64,000 bases of DNA. It comes from Candidatus Iainarchaeum sp. Lineage in GTDB: Archaea > Iainarchaeota > Iainarchaeia > Iainarchaeales > JAAZKV01. This document shows, piece after piece, positions 40,166 through 49,781 of this stretch. The stretch covers positions 96,001 to 160,000 of the forward strand of contig JAPLVR010000006.1 in the NCBI GenBank assembly GCA_026397015.1, read 5' to 3'. The translations under genes and the position numbers were made by a program. Every line of letters begins with the position of its first letter. Within the stretch, counting starts at the first letter, position 1. The notes under the pieces were generated by a model, which saw only the letters and a program-made list of their open reading frames with translations, was not told the origin of the DNA and did not search any database.

Positions 40166-40446
40166 AAAAAAAAGGGTTCATTTTTTCGATTGAGGCTTTA
40201 CTTTCAATAATAGTAACGGTGGCTGCAATTTCAATAATAGGGGGCGCACTAATAAACAGCCAAACTGCGCATGCAAACTTTTTGGAAACAAATGTTGGGA
40301 GTTCTGCTGCAATGGGCGTTTACTTCGGTGATGCGAATCGTTTAGCAGTAGGAAATGAATCAAATGTTGTGTGCAAAACAATAGCTGATTATAATTCAAC
40401 AAGCAAAAACGTTTTTGAGAGAAAATTCTGCGGGGAAATTAAATGA
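40162..40446 (+). CDS. Pilin-like protein (KG-FIFSIEALLS)
   Basis: Class III-like N-terminus; paralogous to 8055-8399. Confidence 0.75.
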   Translation: MKKKGFIFSIEALLSIIVTVAAISIIGGALINSQTAHANFLETNVGSSAAMGVYFGDANRLAVGNESNVVCKTIADYNSTSKNVFERKFCGEIK

Positions 40447-40835
40447 AACCACGTGGATTTGCTTCGGTAATCGCGGTACTTGCCGCTTTCGCAGCCGCAA
40501 TAATACTGCTAAACACAGGTTATCAGGAAAACGAAACAATTTCATTCAAAAACAATTTTCCTGAAACGAAACTTTTTTTGACGGCACATGCGCTTGCGCT
40601 TGAAAGGGGATTGATGCAATGCGACCCTTCTTACAGCACTGAAAAATGCGTTGCAGATTACAACCAACAAATAATTGTTTCAAGCGCGCCGCAAAACACT
40701 TCTTGCAAAACATTCGTCGAGTCTGAAGCCGACGGAAGGTCAAAAATAACACTTGACTGTATAACTCTTGTCGAGGATTCAAAGGCGATGTTATTCTGGA
40801 ATCATTTCAGAAAAATATTTTTCGTGCGCAGATAG
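40443..40835 (+). CDS. Pilin-like protein (RG-FASVIAVL)
   Basis: Class III-like N-terminus; 4 Cys. Confidence 0.65.
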   Translation: MKPRGFASVIAVLAAFAAAIILLNTGYQENETISFKNNFPETKLFLTAHALALERGLMQCDPSYSTEKCVADYNQQIIVSSAPQNTSCKTFVESEADGRSKITLDCITLVEDSKAMLFWNHFRKIFFVRR

Positions 40836-40892
40836 GGTAAACTGCGGGCATATTTTAAGGGTTTTAAAATCCTTTTCTTTCCTATTTAATTT

Positions 40893-42650
40893 ATGAAATC
40901 GAAAAAACGAATTGCGGTAATCGACTACGACAGATGCAACTATGGGAAGTGCGGGAATTACCTGTGCGAAAAGCTCTGCCCGGTTAACAGGACCAGCAAG
41001 GAATGCATAAAGCACAACAAGGGCGAGAAGCCGGAAATTTCCGAAGAACTGTGCATAGGGTGCGAAATATGCCAGAACAGGTGCCCATTTGAAGCGATAA
41101 GCATCGTGAATATTAATTTCGATTTGGGCGAACCGGTGCATTCATTTGGCCAAAACAATTTCAGGCTTCACGGATTGCCGCTGCCGAAAGAAAAAAGTGT
41201 CGTAGGATTGGTTGGAAGAAATGGGATAGGAAAAACCACTTCGCTAAAAATTCTTTCCGGAGAGATAATCCCGAATTTCGGCGGAGAAAAACTGCCTAAG
41301 GAAAAAATAATCGAATACTATAAGGGGAAAGAAGCCCAAAAATTCTTCAAAAAACTTTATTCGGGCCTGGGCTTTTCAGTCGCGGTAAAACCCCAAAACA
41401 TCGGAGCAATAAGGGCAAAGGGAAAAGTCATTGATTTGCTCAAAAAAATTGCAGACGAAGAAAGCGTGCGGAAGGTTGCAAAGGAACTGAAAATTACTGA
41501 AATTCTTGAAAGGGGCGCGGACAATCTGTCCGGAGGAGAATTTCAAAAAATAGCGATTGCCGCAACATGCCTGAAAAGAGCCGATTTATATTTTTTTGAC
41601 GAGCCGACTTCGTTCCTTGACATAAGGGAAAGGCTCAGGGTTTCGGAAGTTATCAGAAATCTTGCAACGAGAGCGGACGTTGTAGTGATAGAACATGATT
41701 TGATTTTACTCGATTATTTGAGCGATTCCGTTTACCTGATGTATGGAAAGCCGGGAGTTTACGGATTCATTTCACAAATAAAAACAACCCGTGAAGGAAT
41801 AAATGCTTACCTCGAAGGCTACTCAAAAGAAGAGAATTATCGTTTCAGGGGGCATCAAATAAATTTCTTCGGGCATGGCGGCGAGGAAAAGAAAAAAAGC
41901 GGCGAAAAACTTGTGAGCTGGCCGAACATAGAAAAAAAACTCGGAAATTTTCATTTGCGCGTATCGGAAAATTCCGTAAAAAAGAATGAAGTGATAGGAA
42001 TTTTGGGGCCCAACGGAATCGGCAAAACAACTTTTATGAGAATTTTAGCCGGAGAAATAAAACCGGACAACACTGAACTCGCGACGCGAATAAAAATTTC
42101 ATATAAGCCGCAATACATCACATATGCCGGGGAGAAACTTGTTGAAGAACTTTTTGAAGTCAAAGATTTTGAAAAACTCAGGGGCGAACTCCTGAGGCCG
42201 CTTGAACTTGAATACCTGCTTGAGAAGAAAGCAAAAAATCTTTCAGGCGGGGAACTGCAAAGGCTTTCAATCGCACTCTGCCTTAGCAAGGAAGCTGACA
42301 TCTACCTTCTTGATGAGCCATCCGCATACCTTGATGTTGAACAAAGATTGAATGTCGCAAAAGTAATAAAGGGACAGATGGATGTGAAAAACCGCTCGGC
42401 GCTCATAATCGACCACGACCTGACATTCATTGACTATTTGAGTGACAAACTTATTGTTTTTACAGGCGAACCCTCTGCCAATGGAAACGCGGAAGGGCCT
42501 TTTTCAATGCGCACCGGAATGAACAAGCTGCTCAGTTATCTTGGCGTAACCGTCAGAAGAGACAAAGACACAAAAAGACCGAGAATAAACAAGGTCGGCT
42601 CGGTGCTTGACAGGGAACAAAAGGAAAAGGACGAATATTATTACGACTGA
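40893..42650 (+). CDS. rli: Ribosome recycling ATPase ABCE1/RLI
   Basis: N-terminal Fe-S Cys clusters; two ABC domains (GRNGIGKT, GPNGIGKT, LSGGE). Confidence 0.97.
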   Translation: MKSKKRIAVIDYDRCNYGKCGNYLCEKLCPVNRTSKECIKHNKGEKPEISEELCIGCEICQNRCPFEAISIVNINFDLGEPVHSFGQNNFRLHGLPLPKEKSVVGLVGRNGIGKTTSLKILSGEIIPNFGGEKLPKEKIIEYYKGKEAQKFFKKLYSGLGFSVAVKPQNIGAIRAKGKVIDLLKKIADEESVRKVAKELKITEILERGADNLSGGEFQKIAIAATCLKRADLYFFDEPTSFLDIRERLRVSEVIRNLATRADVVVIEHDLILLDYLSDSVYLMYGKPGVYGFISQIKTTREGINAYLEGYSKEENYRFRGHQINFFGHGGEEKKKSGEKLVSWPNIEKKLGNFHLRVSENSVKKNEVIGILGPNGIGKTTFMRILAGEIKPDNTELATRIKISYKPQYITYAGEKLVEELFEVKDFEKLRGELLRPLELEYLLEKKAKNLSGGELQRLSIALCLSKEADIYLLDEPSAYLDVEQRLNVAKVIKGQMDVKNRSALIIDHDLTFIDYLSDKLIVFTGEPSANGNAEGPFSMRTGMNKLLSYLGVTVRRDKDTKRPRINKVGSVLDREQKEKDEYYYD

Positions 42651-42673
42651 ACTAAAAGAATCCTTAAAAAAAA

Positions 42674-43072
42674 TCAGGAAAAGAGCGCCTTTCTTGAAGT
42701 AGGGGCAAGGTATCTTTGATTTATTTCACTCTTTTTTAAATACTTGAACTCGGAATGCTCGCTGCTTACCAAAACTTTTCCTTTTAATTTGGAAGAAAAA
42801 ACAAAGAGCAAAAAATTTCCGGGGGTGCCGTTGAACTTTCCAAAAATAGGCAGGACTTTTTCAAGTTTCAAATTTAAACATTTGCAGGAGGTTTCCTCTA
42901 AAATTTCCCTTTTAATCGCATCCTCGAGAGCCTCGCCAAGCTCCGCCTTCCCGCCTGGAAGCTGCCACTTGCCGACAAATATTCTGTTATTTTTGCTGCG
43001 CCTGAGAAACAGTATCCTGCCGCGCGAATCCTTTACTATCGCCTCCACTATTGCGAGATTTCTGAACACCAC
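42674..43072 (-). CDS. NUDIX hydrolase
   Basis: WQLPGGKAELGEALEDAIKREILEET Nudix box. Confidence 0.9.
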   Translation of the reverse strand: MVFRNLAIVEAIVKDSRGRILFLRRSKNNRIFVGKWQLPGGKAELGEALEDAIKREILEETSCKCLNLKLEKVLPIFGKFNGTPGNFLLFVFSSKLKGKVLVSSEHSEFKYLKKSEINQRYLAPTSRKALFS

Positions 43073-43123
43073 CCAAATTTACTGGTTAAAAGGTTTTATA
43101 ACTTTTTTTGAGGCAATTAATCT

Positions 43124-44158
43124 ATGAAAATAATAAAAATAGACCAAAAGAACAATCTGATAAAGGTCGTTCCGACAGTGCTTGATGACCTGTGGCACCT
43201 GGAAAAAATAATTGAGAAGGGGGATATCGCCTCAGGCATGACCGACAGAAAAATAAAACCCAAGAACGAGGGCGAAAAGGCAGAAAGAAAAAAAATATTT
43301 GTTGAACTGCAGATCGAGGAGGCGCATTTCCAGGAGTTCAGCGAGAATTTAAAAATAAACGGAATAATCCTTGCAGGAAAACCAGAGGGACTCATTGAAT
43401 TGAAAAGCCATCAGAGCATGGACATAAAAATCGGAGAAATGGCCACATTAAGAAAAAATTCCCTGAAAAAATGGCAGATTGAAAGGCTTTTCAACGCCGA
43501 AAAAGCGAGCGCATCATCCGGATTACTTGTCGCACTCATGGACGACGAAGAATGCGAAATTGCGTTCGTTAGCCAGTTTTCACTAAACAAAAAGGCAAAA
43601 ATACTTTCAAAAAAGCAGGGAAAAATGTTCAAAGAAGAAAAAAATACTTATTTTGAAGAAGTTCTGGCAAAAATAGTTGATTTGAGGCCGAAAAAAATTC
43701 TAATTGCGGGGCCGGGTTTCACAAGGGAAAATTTCAGGAAATTTGCGGAAGAAAAAAGGCTCAAAAATTTTCCGAAAATATTCAGCGAAAGCACGAACTC
43801 GATTGGTGAAACAGGATTCAGGGAATTGCTCGTGAGCGGAAAAATAAGCGTGCTTGAAAAGGAGCTGCAGCTCGCAAGCGAATCCATTTTGATTGAAGAA
43901 TTTTTGGAAAAACTTTCAAAAGGGCTTGCGGAGTATGGAGCCGAAAAAGTGCGCGAAATGATCCAAATCGGGGCGGTCGAAAAATTAATTGTGGGCGAAA
44001 AATATTTATTGGAAAACAGAAACAGCTGCGAAGAATTAATGGACCTTGCGGAAAAATCAGCCGCCGAAATACATATAATCTCCTCAAAAAATCCGGACGA
44101 AAAAAAAATCCACGGATTTGGCGGAGTGGTTGCGACGCTGAGGTACAAAATGGAATAA
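43124..44158 (+). CDS. pelA: Pelota (Dom34) ribosome rescue factor
   Basis: DDLWHL, AGPGFTRE, FGGVVATLRY. Confidence 0.93.
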   Translation: MKIIKIDQKNNLIKVVPTVLDDLWHLEKIIEKGDIASGMTDRKIKPKNEGEKAERKKIFVELQIEEAHFQEFSENLKINGIILAGKPEGLIELKSHQSMDIKIGEMATLRKNSLKKWQIERLFNAEKASASSGLLVALMDDEECEIAFVSQFSLNKKAKILSKKQGKMFKEEKNTYFEEVLAKIVDLRPKKILIAGPGFTRENFRKFAEEKRLKNFPKIFSESTNSIGETGFRELLVSGKISVLEKELQLASESILIEEFLEKLSKGLAEYGAEKVREMIQIGAVEKLIVGEKYLLENRNSCEELMDLAEKSAAEIHIISSKNPDEKKIHGFGGVVATLRYKME

Positions 44159-44191
44159 ATAAGATCTGCCCGAATAAATAGGCAATAAAAA

Positions 44192-44539
44192 CTAAAAAGT
44201 TTTTACCCCTTCGCCGGTAATGACAATAAACTCATATTCGACACCGGCTTCTTTCAGGGCGGCGAGAAGCGCCAAATGCTCTTTTCCGGAACCGGAAATT
44301 ATTGAAACTTTTATTTTTCCGCCGGGCAGATTTTTCTTTATCTCTTCTTTTATCACGTCAAACCCTGCCCTGTTATTTACCATTATCCATTTCGCCGGCT
44401 TATCCATCTTAAAATTCTCCTTCCCCCATTCATTTGAAATAAGCGCGATTTCATCGAAAGGGTTTTCATCAATCAGCCTCTTTACGTGGCCCCACGTTCC
44501 CTTGCCTATCCCAAGAACTGCAATCAAAGAATTTCCCAC
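44192..44539 (-). CDS. Small Rossmann-like (possibly CARF-like) hypothetical protein
   Basis: LIAVLGIGKGTWGHV...SIISGSGKEHLALL; likely GTG start at 44539. Confidence 0.65.
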   Translation of the reverse strand: MGNSLIAVLGIGKGTWGHVKRLIDENPFDEIALISNEWGKENFKMDKPAKWIMVNNRAGFDVIKEEIKKNLPGGKIKVSIISGSGKEHLALLAALKEAGVEYEFIVITGEGVKTF

Positions 44540-44631
44540 AATAGCCACCGACAAGAAATGCCCCCAATAAAAATAATTGAAAAAAGAACCATTAAAAAAC
44601 AAACATTTATTCTACATAATTTAAATTGCCG

Positions 44632-46236
44632 TTATTTTATTGCTTTTGACATGTAAGGACCTTTCTTTTTATAACTAAAATTTTTTCTATAATATTCTTT
44701 CACGCCTGGGCCGGAAATGACAACAATCTTGTTAGAATCAAATTTTTCTTTCGCGATTCTTTCAGCCTCCCCCATCAACAACTTTCCAATCCCCTGATGC
44801 TGCGTGCTTTCGCCGCTTCTTTTTCCGAGCGGAAGCGCTTTACCATAAACATGCAGCTCCCTAACCAATGCTGTTTTCGAATCGATTTCTTTCCTAAAAG
44901 GTTCAAACGGTTTTCTGAGCCGCAAAAAACCAAACAACGCATCCTTTGATTCAAAGGAAACAAAAGCCTCTTCGCCGCCGCTTGCTTGATAAAATTCAGA
45001 CATTAATTTTGCTTTTGAAAACTCGCCGGCACCGATTTTTTCATCATACAACTTTAAACCCGCTTCCCTGCACCTGATACAGGCGCATTTTTTTCCGCCG
45101 AAACGAAGCTCTTCCCGCACAAGCTGCCTTAGATTTGTTTTTTTGATGCCTGCAGAAATAACATTGCTCGGAATATCCCTGTTGACACGCATGACACGAA
45201 CCCATTTCGGCAATTCTGATTTTATCCGCGCCAGCATTCTAACGGCTTTCTTTTCTTCAATCGGGAAAAAATTGCCTTTTAGCCATTCGTCATAAAGTTT
45301 AGTTCCTTCCATCACCAGGCACGGATAAAATTTTACCATATCCGGCTTAAAACGCGCATCGTGAAAAATATTTCTGAAATTTTTCAAATCTTTTTTGTAA
45401 TCACTTCCTGGCAGGCCGGGCATCAAGTGATAAAGAATTTTGAAGGCGGAATCTTTCAAAAGGCGGGTTGATTCAACAACATCTTCTACTGAATGGCCGC
45501 GGTTTATCGCCTCATAAATTTCATTGTCTGGATTTTGGACTCCCAGTTCAACTCTCGTGCCCCCGAGGGAAAGCATTTCACTTATCTCTTTTTTTCCGCA
45601 CAAATCCGGCCGGGTTTCAAAAGTAATTCCAATAATTCTCCGCTTGGAATGTTCGGCGTTCAAAAGCGCGGCTGAAAGATTTTCCGATTTTTTTTCCGTC
45701 ACCGCATCAATGCTTTTTTTCAAAATAGAAACCTGCTTTCGGCGCGGGAGAGCGGTGAAGGAACTTCCCTGAAAAATAAGCTCGATTTTTTCCGCAAAGT
45801 TTCCGGTCGCGTCAAGCTGCAGTATTCTGTTTGAAACTATTTTATACGGGTCATAATTTAGGCGCTGCGCCCTCAGTGCGCTCGGCTCGAAACCGGTATA
45901 TGATTGCGGAGCCTTCTTGCCCGCAAACGCAGACGGACAATAAATACATTTTCCGGGGCAAGGAAAAGGAGGCATCATAACAGCAATTACCTGGACGCCT
46001 GAAAGGGTGCGCGTCGGCTTTATTGAGAGAAGCGAAAGGACTTTTTTCGACGGTTTTTTTGCAAATGAAAGTACAAACGGATTTGAAGGCATTTCATCGA
46101 GATGCGATTTCTCACTCCAAAAAAATTTCCGCGCACTCAAATCCTTCTGCGAATTAATTTTGCCTGAATTGATTTCTTCAATCATGCGCAACGCGAATTC
46201 GGTGCGCCTCGCTAAGCCGCCTTTTTTGAAGACCAT
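44632..46236 (-). CDS. elp3: Elp3 tRNA U34 carboxymethyltransferase (radical SAM + KAT)
   Basis: KPTRTLSG, CPGKCIYCP, ETRPD, ELGVQ, VRELHVYG, QHQGIG. Confidence 0.96.
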   Translation of the reverse strand: MVFKKGGLARRTEFALRMIEEINSGKINSQKDLSARKFFWSEKSHLDEMPSNPFVLSFAKKPSKKVLSLLSIKPTRTLSGVQVIAVMMPPFPCPGKCIYCPSAFAGKKAPQSYTGFEPSALRAQRLNYDPYKIVSNRILQLDATGNFAEKIELIFQGSSFTALPRRKQVSILKKSIDAVTEKKSENLSAALLNAEHSKRRIIGITFETRPDLCGKKEISEMLSLGGTRVELGVQNPDNEIYEAINRGHSVEDVVESTRLLKDSAFKILYHLMPGLPGSDYKKDLKNFRNIFHDARFKPDMVKFYPCLVMEGTKLYDEWLKGNFFPIEEKKAVRMLARIKSELPKWVRVMRVNRDIPSNVISAGIKKTNLRQLVREELRFGGKKCACIRCREAGLKLYDEKIGAGEFSKAKLMSEFYQASGGEEAFVSFESKDALFGFLRLRKPFEPFRKEIDSKTALVRELHVYGKALPLGKRSGESTQHQGIGKLLMGEAERIAKEKFDSNKIVVISGPGVKEYYRKNFSYKKKGPYMSKAIK

Positions 46237-46259
46237 ACGGACTAATTTGGCTGATTAGA

Positions 46260-47018
46260 TTAAAAAAACAGAGCCAAAAGCCCGTTGAGCATATAACTGG
46301 ACACCATCGAAAATGAATAGAAAGGCAAACCGTAAATCACCGATTTGAACTTGCTTGCCAGCGTCGGCACCGCGTCGAGGGTCGTTTTGAATTTAGATGC
46401 CTTGTTTGAATAGCCAACTATAAACTCAAACTGTTTTTTTCCCTGAACCTTTGGAACGATTGAAAGTTTTTCAACCTTTGAGGAATTCTTAGGAACGAAA
46501 AAATAGGTGCCCGCAAACCAATCGTTTGAAAGGGTCGATGAAACCGAGAAAAATGCATCAGCGCTTGATTTGTTCACCAAAACAAATTCATACTCCGCGG
46601 AGGAACCGACATCGACTGTTTTCGAAAATCCGTTCATTGAAGCCGCAAGCAGGCCATTTTCAACAAGAAAATAAACCTCCGCGGTTTCCTTAACGCCCGA
46701 ATCCTTTTCGGAAAACTCCAGCTTAATTAAATTTTTCCAGTTCACTTCGCTCTTTGGAACATAAATGAAAAGTTTCAATGATTCAATCTCCTCAACGACC
46801 TTTGTGGTAAATCCTTCGGGAAGTTTTGTTTTTAGCTCGACCGCCGAATACTTGTTGTTCTCTTTTGAAAAAATAAGTTCGAGAGTGCCCCCGGGATAAA
46901 CTTTTCCGACCAAATCATTACCTTCAAGGACTTTTGATTCGGGCTCAATAAGCCTTATCGCAAAGGCACCGGAAGCAATCATGAGCAGCAAAAGCAATGC
47001 AAGAGATTTTTTAAACAT
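46260..47018 (-). CDS. Secreted or surface hypothetical protein
   Basis: Signal peptide MFKKSLALLLLLMIASGAFA, beta-rich body, hydrophobic C-terminus. Confidence 0.75.
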   Translation of the reverse strand: MFKKSLALLLLLMIASGAFAIRLIEPESKVLEGNDLVGKVYPGGTLELIFSKENNKYSAVELKTKLPEGFTTKVVEEIESLKLFIYVPKSEVNWKNLIKLEFSEKDSGVKETAEVYFLVENGLLAASMNGFSKTVDVGSSAEYEFVLVNKSSADAFFSVSSTLSNDWFAGTYFFVPKNSSKVEKLSIVPKVQGKKQFEFIVGYSNKASKFKTTLDAVPTLASKFKSVIYGLPFYSFSMVSSYMLNGLLALFF

Positions 47019-47069
47019 TACAAACACTAATTGAATACGTATAGAAATGTAATAAAAAGGTTGGTTTTT

Positions 47070-47669
47070 ATGGGCAGTGCGGGGGAAAAAAGCCGTTTCA
47101 AGATGACAAAAGAACGCCATACGGGAACTTTTGAAAAGGCCCTAAGGGAAGGAAAAGTTGACAAGGATTTTGTTCCGCTCTGCAAATACATCTCAAAGAC
47201 AAAAAATTATTTCACCGCAAGCAGCTGCGCCGGAAGAATTGCGCTGGTCGCGCTTGACAAGGGAGAAACGAAGAAGGAAAGCGCTTTTTACAGAAAATGG
47301 CACCGCACAGTGGCTGAGAAAGAAGTAATTGGCGCGGTAAAAGAATTCAGCGGAAAAGTGCTTTGGTTCAAACAGGAATCGTTGATACTCCACCTCGGGA
47401 CGGACACCCTTGAAAACGCCAAAAAGATACTTGTTGCCTGTGAAAAGGCGGGAATAAAAAGGGCGGGAATAAAAGTCGCGAAAGAAGGAAGATTTATCGT
47501 TGAAATTATAGGAACGCAAACAATAAATACGCCGGTAAAGGAAGACGGAAAAATTCAGGCGGATGAAAACTTTTTGAATTACCTTGTGAAAAAAGCGAAT
47601 GAAAAATTTTCAAAGAACCTGAAAGTTTTGAAAAAACTTGAGAAAGAAGCGAGGAAGAATCTCAAATGA
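47070..47669 (+). CDS. taw3: tRNA wyosine-derivative methyltransferase Taw3/TYW3
   Basis: GKVD, YFTASSCAGRI, KWH, ILH motifs. Confidence 0.9.
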   Translation: MGSAGEKSRFKMTKERHTGTFEKALREGKVDKDFVPLCKYISKTKNYFTASSCAGRIALVALDKGETKKESAFYRKWHRTVAEKEVIGAVKEFSGKVLWFKQESLILHLGTDTLENAKKILVACEKAGIKRAGIKVAKEGRFIVEIIGTQTINTPVKEDGKIQADENFLNYLVKKANEKFSKNLKVLKKLEKEARKNLK

Positions 47670-48181
47670 GCCGGCTGTTTGTTGCAATCGACCTCCCAAA
47701 AATCCTGAAAAAAATGATTTCCATGGAAATTATTGAAAAGCTTTCGGGCGTAAAAAAAACTCCTGAAAAAAATCTGCACATAACACTTTGCTTCATCGGC
47801 GAAGCGGACGAGAAAAAAACAATTGAAAAACTTTCAAAAATCGGATTTCAAAAATTCCGAATCGAACTTAACGGAATCGGGAAATTCGGGGAACGGGTTA
47901 TTTGGGTGGAAACAAAATCGGAAGAAATGAAAGTATTGGCGGAAAAAATTTCAAAAACGCTTGGAATAAAAGAGGAAGGGGGGTTCAGCGGGCATCTGAC
48001 AATTGCGCGCGCGAAAAAAAATCAAAATCCTTCCGTTTTTCTGAAAGAAATTGAAAAAATAAAAGACAAAAAAATCGGGAAAAAATTTTTGGCTGAAAAA
48101 TTCGTATTAATGAAAAGCGAGTTACTGCCGGAGGGGCCAGTTTACTCGCAATTAAAAGAATTTTCAGCTGAAGTGCTTTGA
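47666..48181 (+). CDS. thpR: RNA 2',3'-cyclic phosphodiesterase (2H family)
   Basis: RLFVAIDLP, HITL and HLTI motifs, GPVY. Confidence 0.93.
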   Translation: MSRLFVAIDLPKILKKMISMEIIEKLSGVKKTPEKNLHITLCFIGEADEKKTIEKLSKIGFQKFRIELNGIGKFGERVIWVETKSEEMKVLAEKISKTLGIKEEGGFSGHLTIARAKKNQNPSVFLKEIEKIKDKKIGKKFLAEKFVLMKSELLPEGPVYSQLKEFSAEVL

Positions 48182-49702
48182 AACAAGCGAAAGCACTTTG
48201 TCCGGTTGGAAATAATAATCCTGTATCACTTCAAGCACTTCAGAAGGCTTCCTTATTTTTTGTTCGAGCATCCATTCCAAGACTTTTTGCCGCATCAGCA
48301 TTTCCTGTTTCAACTCGTTCTTTGAAATGCCGTTTGCATTCGCCATTTTTTCTATTATATAACTAGGACAATCCGTACGTTTTATTGCCCCAATATTTTT
48401 ATCAAACTCAAATACATTTGCAAGCAAAACTTTGCTCTCCATCCTCGAAACTTCCGCCACCTGCAAAACATTCCTTTGCATTCCGCCGTCCTTCAAATGA
48501 TGCCGCCCCAAAACAACAATCAAATCAATCAGCGGAAGCAAACCCTGAGGAACTGACATCGGGGGTTCCTGCAGGCGGATAATGGCTTCCCTGGAATCGT
48601 TTGCGTGAATCGTGCCCATTACCCCGTCATGGCCGGTATCCATCGCAACAAACATTGTAAGAGCCTCTTTCCCCCTTACCTCCCCAACAATAATTCTGTC
48701 TGGGCGCATTCTCAAAGAATTTCTTAACAAATCATCTATCTGAATCTCATCGCCGGCGGAATGCCTCGCCTCCATTGGAACCCAGTTCGTTCGCCCAAAA
48801 AGTGCAAGCTCAAGGGTGTCTTCGATTGAAATTATCCGCTTGTTGATTCTCACAAAATTTGCAAGCACATTCAGAAAAGTGGTTTTTCCTGTTGCGGTGC
48901 CGCCTGTAATCAAAATATTTGCAGGAGTAACATCAAAGCCGTCAACCATCGTCCATAGGAAAGCGGCGAGCTCTGAATTCAACATTCCGCCCTCAATCAA
49001 ATCAATTATGGTAAGGGGCGTTGGAGAAAATTTTCTTATTGTGAGGGAAGTTCCATGCGGAGAAATATCTGAAATGGTTGCATTGACCCTGCTTCCATCC
49101 GGAAGGCGCGCATCAAGCAACGGATTTTTCGAATCAAATGTTTTTCCGACGCCGGAGGCAATGCGCTGAAGTATTACCTCGAACGATTTCTCCTCGAGCA
49201 CAACGTTTGTTTTGCACATGCCGTACTGCTTATGAAAAACAAAAATGCTATCGGAACTATTAACCATCAACTCTTCAAGAGAATCATCGAGCAAAAAGAA
49301 GGCGAACTGCCTAAGCCCTATTGAGTTTTGCAAAGCCATCCCTGCAAAAAGCTCCCTATTGCCTATGAACTTTATAGGCTCGAGAATTTTTGTGAATGCA
49401 TAAAAAAGGTCAGAAAAAATTTTGTTGGACGGAAGCCTCTCAAGCAGGGAATTTATTTCAACGAGCGAAACAACCTCCTCCCTAAAGACCGAGGAAAACT
49501 CTTCGCCGACGCCCTCAAATTCTGAGAGCTCCCTGAAAGAGGACTTCCTTTGTATCACCCTTTCAAGAAGGTCCATAAATGCCTGTTCTTTCTTTGCAAA
49601 AGGAAGCTGCTTTATTTCGTAAAAATTCTGCGGAAACCCTTCATAAACATCGCCAAATGGGGATGAAGCCAGTTTTTTTCCTTTTGATTCATTGAGGGGC
49701 AT
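48164..49702 (-). CDS. Second CpaF/VirB11 family secretion/pilus ATPase
   Basis: DARLPDGSRVNA, GGTATGKTT, IEDTLEL, RMRPDRIIVGEVRG, DTGHDG. Confidence 0.92.
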   Translation of the reverse strand: MPLNESKGKKLASSPFGDVYEGFPQNFYEIKQLPFAKKEQAFMDLLERVIQRKSSFRELSEFEGVGEEFSSVFREEVVSLVEINSLLERLPSNKIFSDLFYAFTKILEPIKFIGNRELFAGMALQNSIGLRQFAFFLLDDSLEELMVNSSDSIFVFHKQYGMCKTNVVLEEKSFEVILQRIASGVGKTFDSKNPLLDARLPDGSRVNATISDISPHGTSLTIRKFSPTPLTIIDLIEGGMLNSELAAFLWTMVDGFDVTPANILITGGTATGKTTFLNVLANFVRINKRIISIEDTLELALFGRTNWVPMEARHSAGDEIQIDDLLRNSLRMRPDRIIVGEVRGKEALTMFVAMDTGHDGVMGTIHANDSREAIIRLQEPPMSVPQGLLPLIDLIVVLGRHHLKDGGMQRNVLQVAEVSRMESKVLLANVFEFDKNIGAIKRTDCPSYIIEKMANANGISKNELKQEMLMRQKVLEWMLEQKIRKPSEVLEVIQDYYFQPDKVLSLVSKHFS

Positions 49703-49781
49703 AAGACATCGCTTATATATAAGGAAAAGTAGTATAATAATTTTAGTTTTGAATAAAACAGGTTTTATTGGGGGTGAATGC

